Assembly (NCBI GenBank): GCA_944379995.1
Contig: CALWGF010000005.1
Coordinates: 48,009-112,008, forward strand
Reading direction: 5' to 3'
DNA from: an uncultured Clostridia bacterium
GTDB lineage: Bacteria; Bacillota; Clostridia; Lachnospirales; Anaerotignaceae
Length of the DNA stretch: 64,000 nucleotides
Position 1 is the first letter of the stretch, and every line of letters starts with the position of its first letter. A model generated the notes under the pieces. The model had not been told where the DNA came from. It made no database searches and saw only the letters and a list, made by a program, of their open reading frames with translations. The translations under genes were made by a program, and so were the position numbers. Below, one piece after another: positions 9,027-17,986 of this stretch.

Positions 9027-10001
9027 ATGAAAACTGATAGTAAAATAGATAAAGCATTAGCATTAGATTTGCTTGGAAAAATGATGAAAGCAAGAAAATT
9101 TGAAGAAAAAGTACAGTATTATTTCTCACTTGGTATGATACATGGAACAACTCATTTAGGAATTGGTGAAGAGGCTTGTGCAGCTGGTACTTGTTCAGCA
9201 CTTGAACCACTTGATGATATGTTTGCTACACATAGAGGACACCCAGCAGCTGTTTGTAAAGGTATTGACATAAATAAAATGATGGCAGAAATATTTGCAA
9301 GAGAAACAGGTGTTTGTAAAGGAAAAGGCGGTTCAATGCATATAGCTGATAAATCAGTTGGTGTATTAGGTGCAAATGGTATTCTTGGACCATCATTACC
9401 TTTAGCTTGTGGTTCTGCTCTTGCTCATAAAAAATTAAAAGATGGAAAAGTTTCACTTGCATTCTTTGGTGATGGTGCATCAAATGAAGGTGCTTTCCAC
9501 GAAGCTATGAACCTTGCTTCAGTATGGGGATTACCTGTATTATTCGTTTGTACAAATAACACATATGGTATGTCAACTCATATATCAAAAGTTATGAAAG
9601 TAACAGATATTGAAAAAAGAGCTATTCCATATGGTATGAAATCAGTTACTGTTGATGGTAATGATGTTATGGAAGTTTATAATACAGTAAAAGAAATGAG
9701 AAAATATGCATATGAAAATAATGAACCTGTATTAATTGTTGAAAACACATATCGTACATCAGGACATTCAAAGAGTGACGGTAATCTTTATAGAACAAAA
9801 GATGAAATAAACTATTGGAAAGAAAGATGCCCAATTAAGAGATTTAAAGAAAGACTTCTTTCAGAAGGTATTGCTACACAGGAAGAAATTGATAATGTAG
9901 ATAAAGAAACAACAGAAATAATTGATAATGCAGTTAAATTTGCATTAGATAGTCCATATCCTAAACTTGAAGACATCTATGATGATGTTTATGCAGACTA
10001 A
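9027..10001 (+). CDS. TPP-dependent dehydrogenase E1 alpha subunit (AcoA/PdhA-like)
   Basis: HRGH, GKGGSMH, TPP motif GDGA...NN, GHSKSD; start is 9015 or 9027. Confidence 0.9.
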   Translation: MKTDSKIDKALALDLLGKMMKARKFEEKVQYYFSLGMIHGTTHLGIGEEACAAGTCSALEPLDDMFATHRGHPAAVCKGIDINKMMAEIFARETGVCKGKGGSMHIADKSVGVLGANGILGPSLPLACGSALAHKKLKDGKVSLAFFGDGASNEGAFHEAMNLASVWGLPVLFVCTNNTYGMSTHISKVMKVTDIEKRAIPYGMKSVTVDGNDVMEVYNTVKEMRKYAYENNEPVLIVENTYRTSGHSKSDGNLYRTKDEINYWKERCPIKRFKERLLSEGIATQEEIDNVDKETTEIIDNAVKFALDSPYPKLEDIYDDVYAD

Positions 10002-10036
10002 GGAATAGTAATTATTAAGTACTAGGAGGAATTAAA

Positions 10037-11014
10037 ATGGTTGAAATAACTTATGCAAATGCTATAAAAGACGCTATAAGCGAAGAAATGAGAAAAGATG
10101 ACAATGTGTTTATGATGGGTGAAGACATTGGTGTATATAGAGGAGCTTTCGGTGTTACAGGTGGTATGGTAGAAGAATTCGGTGAAGACAGAATTATGGA
10201 TACACCTATATCAGAAACAGCTTTTGTTGGTGCTGCTATTGGTGCTGCTGTATCAGGTATGAGACCAATCGTTGAAATTATGTTCTCAGACTTTATGAGT
10301 GTATGTTGGGATATGATTTTAAATCAGGCTCCAAAAATGCATTATATGTTTGGTGGTAAAGTTAATGTACCTATGGTATTAAGAACTGCATCTGGTGGTG
10401 GTACAGGAGCTGCTGCACAACACTCACAGTCACTTGAGGCTATGCTTTGCCATATTCCAGGGTTAAAGGTTATTGTTCCTTCAACTCCATATGATGCAAA
10501 AGGACTTTTAAAATCAGCTATTAGAGATAATAACCCTGTTATGTTCCTTGAACAAAAACTCTTATATAGAACAAAAGGTATGATACCAGAAGAAGAATAT
10601 ACAATACCTATTGGTGTTGCTGATGTTAAGAGGGAAGGAAAAGACTGTACAATAGTAACATACGGAAGAATGGTTCATACTTGTCTTAATGCTGCAAAAC
10701 AGCTTGAAGAAGAAAATATTGATGTTGAAGTTATTGACCTTAGAACACTTTTACCAATGGATAAAGAAGCTGTTCTTAAATCAGTAAGAAAAACAAAACA
10801 TCTTATAATTGTACATGAAGCCGTAAAAACAGGCGGTTTAGGTGGAGAAATTGCTGCAAGTGTTGCTGAAACAGATGTATTTAATTATTTAGATGCACCT
10901 ATTAAAAGACTTGCATCAGAAGACGTTCCTGTACCATTCTGCCCAATACTTGAAAAAGGTATATTACCAGATGAAGATAAAATAGTTAAGGCTGTAAAAG
11001 AAGTATTGGCTTAA
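10037..11014 (+). CDS. TPP-dependent dehydrogenase E1 beta subunit (AcoB/PdhB-like)
   Basis: MGEDIG, DTPISE, AAQHSQ and IDLRTL motifs. Confidence 0.92.
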   Translation: MVEITYANAIKDAISEEMRKDDNVFMMGEDIGVYRGAFGVTGGMVEEFGEDRIMDTPISETAFVGAAIGAAVSGMRPIVEIMFSDFMSVCWDMILNQAPKMHYMFGGKVNVPMVLRTASGGGTGAAAQHSQSLEAMLCHIPGLKVIVPSTPYDAKGLLKSAIRDNNPVMFLEQKLLYRTKGMIPEEEYTIPIGVADVKREGKDCTIVTYGRMVHTCLNAAKQLEEENIDVEVIDLRTLLPMDKEAVLKSVRKTKHLIIVHEAVKTGGLGGEIAASVAETDVFNYLDAPIKRLASEDVPVPFCPILEKGILPDEDKIVKAVKEVLA

Positions 11015-11042
11015 TTATTAAATCGGAAAAGGAGGTGTTTTT

Positions 11043-12398
11043 ATGGCAGTAGAAGTATTTATGCCTAAAGCAGGTATGGATATGAAAGAAGGAAAAATAA
11101 TTAACTGGCTTGTTGAAGTTGGTGACGAAGTAAAAGAGGGAGACGGCATATTAGAAATTGAAACTGATAAAGTTACAATGGAAGTAGAAGCTCCTGCTGA
11201 TGGTACTTTACTTTGTAAATATTTTGAAGATGGTGCAACAGTTCCTGTTGTTACTGTTATAGGATATATTGGAGAAAAAGGCGAAAAAGTTCCAGATGGA
11301 CCAAGTGTTGCCAGTGGAGAAGAAACTAAAGAAAAAGTTAAAAAAGAAGTTGAAGAAACAGTAGTTAAAACTGAAACTGTTGTAAATACAAATAGACAAA
11401 AAGGTGATATTCCTGCAACTCCATATGCTAAAAAATTAGCTAGAGAAAATAATGTTGATTTATCAGAAGTTAAAGCAACAGGAATTTATGGCGAAATTAA
11501 AGCAAGAGATATATTATCATATTGTGAAGAAATCAAAAAACAGAATAAAGGTATTAGTCCATTGGCTAAGAGAATTGCAGAGGCTAATGGTGTAAATATT
11601 GATGGTATTGAAGGTTCTGGATATAATGGTAAAGTTATGAAATCAGACGTTTTAGGTGCTATGTCAACACCTGCTGCAAAAGCTGCTGATGTTAAAGAAG
11701 CTACTGCTGCAACTGATGATAGTAGAAAACGTGTTAAACTTTCAGGAATGAGAAAAGTTGTTGCTGAAAGAATGTTCAAGAGCCATAATGAAATACCTTC
11801 AGTTACACATAATATGCGTGCTGATGTAACAGAACTTGTTAAATTAAGAAAACAAGTAAATGAAAGCTCAGATGTTAAGATAACATTAAATGACTTTGTT
11901 ATTAAAGCTGTTACAAAAGCTCTTCAAAAATATCCAAATATTCTTGTTGAATTAGACGGTGATTATTTAGTATATAATACAGAAGTTAATATGGGTATGG
12001 CTGTTGGTATGGAAACAGGTCTTATTGTTCCTGTAATAAAAAATACTGATAAAATGAGTATTACAGAAATTGCAAAGGCTACTAAAGATTTAGTATATAA
12101 AGCTAATAATAATAAACTTAAACCAGATGATTATAAAGGTTCAACATTTACAATTTCAAACCTTGGTATGTATGAAGTAGAAAGCTTTAATCCAATAATT
12201 AATCAGCCAAACTCAGGTATTTTAGGTGTTTGTACAATAGTTGATGAACTTGTTCTTAAAGATGGTCAAGTAGCTGTATCTAAGAAAATGGGATTATCAT
12301 TCACATATGACCATAGAGTTATTGATGGAAGACAAGCATCAGAATTCTTAATGGAAATTAAACATATACTTCAAAATCCATTATCAATATTAATATAA
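11043..12398 (+). CDS. Dihydrolipoamide acyltransferase E2 (AcoC-like): one lipoyl domain, two subunit-binding domains
   Basis: Lipoyl ETDKVT; two PSBD repeats (ATPYAKKLA, ISPLAKRIA); catalytic DHRVIDG. Confidence 0.92.
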   Translation: MAVEVFMPKAGMDMKEGKIINWLVEVGDEVKEGDGILEIETDKVTMEVEAPADGTLLCKYFEDGATVPVVTVIGYIGEKGEKVPDGPSVASGEETKEKVKKEVEETVVKTETVVNTNRQKGDIPATPYAKKLARENNVDLSEVKATGIYGEIKARDILSYCEEIKKQNKGISPLAKRIAEANGVNIDGIEGSGYNGKVMKSDVLGAMSTPAAKAADVKEATAATDDSRKRVKLSGMRKVVAERMFKSHNEIPSVTHNMRADVTELVKLRKQVNESSDVKITLNDFVIKAVTKALQKYPNILVELDGDYLVYNTEVNMGMAVGMETGLIVPVIKNTDKMSITEIAKATKDLVYKANNNKLKPDDYKGSTFTISNLGMYEVESFNPIINQPNSGILGVCTIVDELVLKDGQVAVSKKMGLSFTYDHRVIDGRQASEFLMEIKHILQNPLSILI

Positions 12399-12441
12399 TT
12401 AGAAATTTCGTATAGTTTATATAGAGTAAGGAGTTGACATT

Positions 12442-14151
12442 ATGGCAGTAGAAGTATTTATGCCTAAAGCAGGTATGGATATGAAAGAAGGAAAAATAAT
12501 TAAATGGCTTGTTAACGTAGGTGACGAAGTCAAAGAAGGTGATGGAGTATTAGAAATTGAAACTGATAAAGTTACAATGGAAGTGGAAGCTCCTGCTGAT
12601 GGTACTTTACTTTGTAAATATTTTGAAGATGGTACAACAGTTCCTGTTGTAACAATTATTGGATATATCGGAGAAAAAGGTGAAAAAGTTCCTGATGGCC
12701 CAGCTACTGCCGGTGCGGAAGAAACAAAAGCTCCTGAAAGTACTTCTGAAGCTACTAAAAAACCAGAAAAAAATGATAATAGTTATGATGTTGCAGTAAT
12801 AGGTGGCGGTCCTGCTGGATATGTTGCAGCTATAAGAGCAGCTCAGTTAGGTGGAAAAGTTGTTATATTTGAAAAAGATGTTGTTGGTGGTACATGTCTT
12901 AACAGAGGTTGTATACCTACAAAAACATATATTAAAACAGCTGAAACAATTCATGGTATTAAAGAAGCTCATTTAAGAGGTGTGCATGTAGATACAAATA
13001 GCTTAAGTGTTAATATGGAAGAAATTTATAACTATAAAAACACAGTAGTTAAAAAACTTACATCAGGTGTTGGTGCACTTCTTAAAAGTAATGGTGTTGA
13101 AATTGTAAATGGAACAGCCACTATTGCTGATAAAAATACAGTTGAGTGTAATGGTAAAAAATATACTTCACAAAATATAATATTATGTGGTGGTTCTGTT
13201 GCTGGAAGAATACCTTTAGAAGGCATTGAAGGTAAAAAGGTACTTGATAGTACAGATATATTAGAATTAAAAGAAATACCTGCTAAATTAGGTGTAATTG
13301 GCGGTGGAGTTATAGGTTGTGAAATTGCTACTGCTTTTAATGCTTTTGGTAGTGAGGTAACAATAGTTGAACTTGCTGATAATTTAGTAAGTATGTTTGA
13401 TAAAGAAGTATCTACAAGTATAGAAAAAAGCATGAAAAAAGCTGGTGTAAAAGTTCTTACAGGTAAAAATATTAAGAAAATAGAAAATAGTGATGAAAAA
13501 CCTTGTATAGTTCTTGAAAGCGGAGAAAAATTTGAGTTTGATAATGTATTACTTTCTATTGGCAGAAAAGCTGATATTGAATTTGTTGGAAGTTTAAAAG
13601 ATACATTAAAACTTGAAAGAGGAAAAATTGTTGTTGATGAATATTGCAAAACAAATATAGATAATATATATGCTTGTGGTGATATAACAACAAAGAGTAC
13701 ATTGGCTCATTCAGCATTTAAAATGGGTGAAGTTGCCGCTAATAATGCTATGGGACATACAGAAAAATGCAACTTAAATAATGTACCAGGTTGCTTATAT
13801 ACAATGCCAGAGGCAGCATCTGTTGGCCTTACTGAAGAGGCTGCTAAAAAAGACCATGATATTGCTGTTGGAAAATTCCCATTTGGTGCAAATGGTCGTG
13901 CACTTTCAAGCGGTGAAAGTGAAGGCTTTGTAAAAGTAATAATTGATAAAAAATATGGTGAAATTTTAGGTGTTCATATTGTTGGAGCTGTTGCAACAGA
14001 AATGATTATGGAAGCAAAAGCTGCTATGGACGCTGAATTAACAGTTTATGAAATAAGCGAAATGATACACCCACACCCAACATATACAGAAGCATTTGTT
14101 GAGGCTTGCACAGATGCTCTTGGAAGATGTATTCATTTACCTAAAAAATAA
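12442..14151 (+). CDS. lpdA: Dihydrolipoamide dehydrogenase E3 with N-terminal lipoyl domain (AcoL-like)
   Basis: Lipoyl ETDKVT; GGGPAG; redox pair CLNRGCIP; HPHPTYTE. Confidence 0.93.
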   Translation: MAVEVFMPKAGMDMKEGKIIKWLVNVGDEVKEGDGVLEIETDKVTMEVEAPADGTLLCKYFEDGTTVPVVTIIGYIGEKGEKVPDGPATAGAEETKAPESTSEATKKPEKNDNSYDVAVIGGGPAGYVAAIRAAQLGGKVVIFEKDVVGGTCLNRGCIPTKTYIKTAETIHGIKEAHLRGVHVDTNSLSVNMEEIYNYKNTVVKKLTSGVGALLKSNGVEIVNGTATIADKNTVECNGKKYTSQNIILCGGSVAGRIPLEGIEGKKVLDSTDILELKEIPAKLGVIGGGVIGCEIATAFNAFGSEVTIVELADNLVSMFDKEVSTSIEKSMKKAGVKVLTGKNIKKIENSDEKPCIVLESGEKFEFDNVLLSIGRKADIEFVGSLKDTLKLERGKIVVDEYCKTNIDNIYACGDITTKSTLAHSAFKMGEVAANNAMGHTEKCNLNNVPGCLYTMPEAASVGLTEEAAKKDHDIAVGKFPFGANGRALSSGESEGFVKVIIDKKYGEILGVHIVGAVATEMIMEAKAAMDAELTVYEISEMIHPHPTYTEAFVEACTDALGRCIHLPKK

Positions 14152-14156
14152 AAATT

Positions 14157-14197
14157 AAAAAAAATGACATCTTTATTTTTAAAGATGTCATTTTTTT
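14157..14197 (+). terminator. Intrinsic terminator ending the catabolic locus
   Basis: AAAATGACATCTTT/AAAGATGTCATTTTTTT. Confidence 0.85.
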
Positions 14198-14200
14198 ATT

Positions 14201-14229
14201 TTGACAAATATTATTATATATTATATTAT
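14201..14229 (+). promoter_or_regulatory. Sigma-A promoter
   Basis: TTGACA-17 nt-TATTAT. Confidence 0.7.
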
Positions 14230-14259
14230 CTAATAAAAAAGTTATTTTGGAGGGTATTT

Positions 14260-14316
14260 ATGTTTAATAAATTTGGTAAATATGAGTCGGTAGTATATTT
14301 GGAGGTTATATTATAA
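14260..14316 (+). CDS. Putative 18-aa leader peptide MFNKFGKYESVVYLEVIL
   Basis: TGGAGGG RBS just upstream of the ATG; overlaps a stem that competes with the downstream RBS. Confidence 0.6.
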   Translation: MFNKFGKYESVVYLEVIL

Positions 14317-14379
14317 TTAGTTAATTTACCTCCATAGAGTTTTACTTTTAAATTAATATTTTTTATTGGAGGATTTAAA

Positions 14380-15087
14380 ATGAATTATATAAAAACTGAA
14401 AAATATGATAAAAATTTTATTAGTGAAAATATGATGGGGCCTAATTCAATGATTATTATTGAAGAACTAACAAATAAATTACCTTTAGAAAAAGGTATGC
14501 GTGTTCTTGATTTAGGTTGTGGAAAGGGGCTTACATCTATTTTTATTGCAAAAGAGTTTGATGTAGAAGTATATGCTGTTGATTTATGGGTTTCTGCAAC
14601 AGAAAATTATGAAAGATTTAAAAAAATAGGAATGGATAAATCAATAATACCAATACATTCAAATGCCTTAGATTTACCTTTTGCAAATGAATTTTTTGAT
14701 GCTTTTATAAGTATTGATGCATATCATTATTTTGGTAATAATGATACATATTTTGTTGAAAAGATTATGCCATTATTAAAAAAAGATGCACCTGTTATTA
14801 TTGGTTTTCCAGGTATGAAATATGAATTACATAATAATATACCAAAAGAAATGGAAAAATATTGGGAGGCAGAGGCTCTTGAAATGTGGCATTCAATAGA
14901 ATGGTGGACTCCTAAGTTTAATAAATATTTAAAAGATTTTAATATTTATGAACTTGAGTGTTTTGATAAAGCTTGGGAAGATTGGCTTTGTTGTGATAAT
15001 CCATATGCTGTTGAAGACTTTGATATGATAAAAACAGATAATGGAAGATATATGAATATTATAGGTTTGACAGGCAAAGTTTTATAA
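14380..15087 (+). CDS. Class I SAM-dependent methyltransferase
   Basis: VLDLGCGKG motif I; YAVDLW; LPFANEFFD. Confidence 0.9.
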   Translation: MNYIKTEKYDKNFISENMMGPNSMIIIEELTNKLPLEKGMRVLDLGCGKGLTSIFIAKEFDVEVYAVDLWVSATENYERFKKIGMDKSIIPIHSNALDLPFANEFFDAFISIDAYHYFGNNDTYFVEKIMPLLKKDAPVIIGFPGMKYELHNNIPKEMEKYWEAEALEMWHSIEWWTPKFNKYLKDFNIYELECFDKAWEDWLCCDNPYAVEDFDMIKTDNGRYMNIIGLTGKVL

Positions 15088-15095
15088 TATTTATA

Positions 15096-15175
15096 ATTAG
15101 GGTTATATAACTAATAAAGTAGTGCAATTAACTACAAGAATTATAATAATCTTAAATAAGCCGACCGTTTGGGTA
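15096..15175 (+). ncRNA. Degenerate ZMP/ZTP (pfl) riboswitch-like element
   Basis: 3' GCCGACCGTTTGGGTA matches the ZTP P3 consensus GCCGACCGYCTGGGCA; 5' domain is collinear but G-depleted. Confidence 0.6.
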
Positions 15176-15208
15176 GAAAAAGCCTAGATGTGCGGCTTTT
15201 TCTATTTT
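15175..15208 (+). terminator. Terminator / riboswitch expression platform
   Basis: AGAAAAAGCC/GGCTTTTTCT stem; AAGCCG of P3 can alternatively pair with CGGCTT. Confidence 0.65.
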
Positions 15209-15398
15209 GTTAATAAATAGAAAAAGGTTATGATTATATGAAAGAGAAAATTAATTTTGTTGAAACAATAGGGCTTGGTTATAGTATAAAAATAGTTTTA
15301 TTTTTAAAGACTGTAAATTTTAATCATATTTCAAAATAATATCAATGATAAACAATAAAAATAATATTTCACCAATTAATATAAGTAATCAATCATTT

Positions 15399-15415
15399 TT
15401 GATAAAAATTATCAA
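15399..15415. promoter_or_regulatory. Fur-box-like palindrome
   Basis: TTGATAAAAATTATCAA, 1 mismatch to the 7-1-7 TGATAATNATTATCA consensus; upstream of the P1B-6 ATPase operon. Confidence 0.7.
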
Positions 15416-15431
15416 TAACAATAGGCGTTTA

Positions 15432-15460
15432 TTGACAAAAAAATAATGATATTATACACT
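15432..15460 (+). promoter_or_regulatory. Sigma-A promoter of the fezAB-like operon
   Basis: TTGACA-17 nt-TACACT. Confidence 0.65.
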
Positions 15461-15549
15461 AATATAGTATAGTTTTATTAAAAAAGCCTGTCTTTTATAT
15501 TTAATTGACAGGCTAATAATTTTATTTACAAAAGAAAGGAAGATGTGTA

Positions 15550-15795
15550 ATGAATTGTTTTGATTGTTTAAAAGACAAAAAAGTAGCATATTTTATAGGA
15601 GGTATTGTAACAGCAATAGTTGGTACAAAAATTGCAAAAAGTAAAAAAACACGTGAACTTTGTGTTTCAGGTTTAGCTAAAGGTATGAAACTTCAAAAAG
15701 ATGCAGAATCAGCATTCCAGAGTATGAAAGAAGATGCTCAAGACCTTTGTTATGAAGCAAGAGTTGAAAGTGGTCTTGTAGAAGAAGATAAATAA
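15550..15795 (+). CDS. Small membrane protein, FezA-like (DUF6110-type)
   Basis: N-terminal Gly-rich hydrophobic segment FIGGIVTAIVG, acidic C-terminal helix; directly upstream of the P1B-6 ATPase. Confidence 0.7.
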   Translation: MNCFDCLKDKKVAYFIGGIVTAIVGTKIAKSKKTRELCVSGLAKGMKLQKDAESAFQSMKEDAQDLCYEARVESGLVEEDK

Positions 15796-15810
15796 AAGAA
15801 GGTTAAATAT

Positions 15811-17892
15811 ATGCAGTATAAAATAGTACATAATACTGCCGGAAGACTTCGTGTAAGATGTGGAACATATGCTTTTTCTGATGAACAAGGTTATGGCATA
15901 TCTCATATGCTTATGAAAAAGAAATATATTAATAATGTTATAACACAGTCTGCAAACGGTAGTATATTAATTTATTACAAAGAAGGCTGTATTGAAAAAG
16001 TATTGGCAGATATTAGTAATATAAAAAGAGAGGATATTCCTTTTGTTAAGCCTTCTGGTGAACAAGCAATACAAGAAATAGATAATAGATTTCATAAAAG
16101 TTTTGTAAAACTTATTGCAAAAAGAGCTATTTTTAATTTATTTTTACCAAAAACTTTAAAAATGGCAATTACTTTATTTAATGCTTCTAAATATGTAAGA
16201 AGTGGTGTAAAGAGTCTTATGTCAGGTCATATTGATGTTGCTGTTCTTGATGCAGCTTCTATAACTGCTGCTATTGCTCAAGGCTCTCATAGTACTGCTG
16301 GTTCTGTAATGTTCCTTCTTAATGTTTCTGGTCTTCTTGAAGAATATACAAAAGAACGTACAAAAAATGCACTTACAAACAGTATAGCAATAAATGTTGA
16401 CCAAGTTTGGCTTGTTACTGAAGATGGAAAAGAAGTTTCAATGCCTATGAATAAAATTTCTGTTGATGATTGTATACGTATAAGAACAGGAAGTATGATA
16501 CCTGTTGACGGAATTGTTGTTGATGGAAATGCAATGGTAAATGAGTCAGCTATGACAGGAGAGCCTCTTGGTAGACATAAATATGAAGGAACTACTGTTT
16601 ATGCAGGAACTATTGTTGAAGAAGGTGCAATAACTGTTAAAGTTACAGCACTTTCAAATGAAAGTAGAATAAGTAAAATAGTTGAACTTATAGAGGAGTC
16701 TGAAAGTCTTAAAGCAGGAGTTCAGAGTAAAGCTGAAAACCTTGCAGACTCTATTGTTGGATTTAGTTTTATGGGGGCTATATTTACAGGTTTGTTTACA
16801 AGAAATATTATGAAAGCAATATCTGTACTTATGGTTGACTATTCTTGTGCTATAAAACTTTCAACACCTATTGCTGTTATATCGGCTATGAGAGAGGCTT
16901 CTGTACATAATATAATGGTCAAGGGCGGAAAACATCTTGAAACTTTTGCAAAGGCAGATACTATTGTTTTTGATAAAACAGGAACAATAACAAATGCTTG
17001 CCCTCAAGTTGTACATGTTGAACCTTTTGGTGAGTATACAAGAGATGAAGTTCTTAGAACCGCTGCTTGTATAGAAGAACATTTCCCACATAGTATAGCA
17101 AGAGCTGTTGTACAAAAGGCTAAAGATGAACAACTTAATCATGAAGAAGAACATTCAGAAGTAGAATATATTGTTGCACATGGTGTTGCTACTCAACTTT
17201 ATGGTAGAAAAGCCATTATAGGAAGTAGTCATTTTGTATTTGAAGATGAATGTACTGAAATTACAGAAGAACAAAAAGAAAGAATAAAAGAAATTTCTAA
17301 TGGCTCATCGCTTTTATACCTTGCTATTGGTGGAAAACTTGCTGGTGTAATATGTATAAATGACCCTCCTAGAGATGAGGCTAAAGAGGCTATTGATTTG
17401 CTTAAGAAAAGTGGTATTAAAAATATAGTTATGCTTACAGGTGACCATGAAAATGCAGCTAAAGCAGTAAGTGATGAAATTGGTATAACAGAATATAAAG
17501 CACAAGTACTTCCAGAATATAAAGCTGAATTTATAAATGAACTTAAATCACAAGGAAGATGTGTAATAATGGTTGGAGATGGTATAAATGACTCTCCAGC
17601 ACTTGCTACTGCTAATGTATCAGTTGCTATGAAGGATTCTTCAGACCTTGCAAGAGATGTTGCAGATATTACACTTCTTTCAACAGATTTAAGAGAACTT
17701 GCAAAATTAAGAATTTTAAGTAAAGCTATGCTTAAAAGAATACATAATAATTATTTATTTATAATTAACTTTAATACTATGCTTTTACTTGGAGGTCTTT
17801 TTGGTTTTATGCGACCTACAACAACAGCACTTTTACACAATACATCTACAATGGCAATAAGTGCAATGAGTATGAAAACATATCTTAAATAA
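15811..17892 (+). CDS. Heavy-metal P-type ATPase, P1B-6 subgroup (ferrosome FezB-like)
   Basis: TGE, DKTGT, HP and GDGIND core motifs; P1B-6 signatures DYSCA and HNTST; N-terminal GRLRVR. Confidence 0.9.
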   Translation: MQYKIVHNTAGRLRVRCGTYAFSDEQGYGISHMLMKKKYINNVITQSANGSILIYYKEGCIEKVLADISNIKREDIPFVKPSGEQAIQEIDNRFHKSFVKLIAKRAIFNLFLPKTLKMAITLFNASKYVRSGVKSLMSGHIDVAVLDAASITAAIAQGSHSTAGSVMFLLNVSGLLEEYTKERTKNALTNSIAINVDQVWLVTEDGKEVSMPMNKISVDDCIRIRTGSMIPVDGIVVDGNAMVNESAMTGEPLGRHKYEGTTVYAGTIVEEGAITVKVTALSNESRISKIVELIEESESLKAGVQSKAENLADSIVGFSFMGAIFTGLFTRNIMKAISVLMVDYSCAIKLSTPIAVISAMREASVHNIMVKGGKHLETFAKADTIVFDKTGTITNACPQVVHVEPFGEYTRDEVLRTAACIEEHFPHSIARAVVQKAKDEQLNHEEEHSEVEYIVAHGVATQLYGRKAIIGSSHFVFEDECTEITEEQKERIKEISNGSSLLYLAIGGKLAGVICINDPPRDEAKEAIDLLKKSGIKNIVMLTGDHENAAKAVSDEIGITEYKAQVLPEYKAEFINELKSQGRCVIMVGDGINDSPALATANVSVAMKDSSDLARDVADITLLSTDLRELAKLRILSKAMLKRIHNNYLFIINFNTMLLLGGLFGFMRPTTTALLHNTSTMAISAMSMKTYLK

Positions 17893-17900
17893 AATATTTT

Positions 17901-17931
17901 AAATGACATCTAAAAAAGATGTCATTTTTTT
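17901..17931 (+). terminator. Intrinsic terminator
   Basis: AAATGACATCT/AGATGTCATTTTTTT. Confidence 0.85.
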
Positions 17932-17986
17932 ATTCTTAAAATAAAATAAAAAAGTTTTAAAAAAAATAAAAAATTTTTTAAAATTT

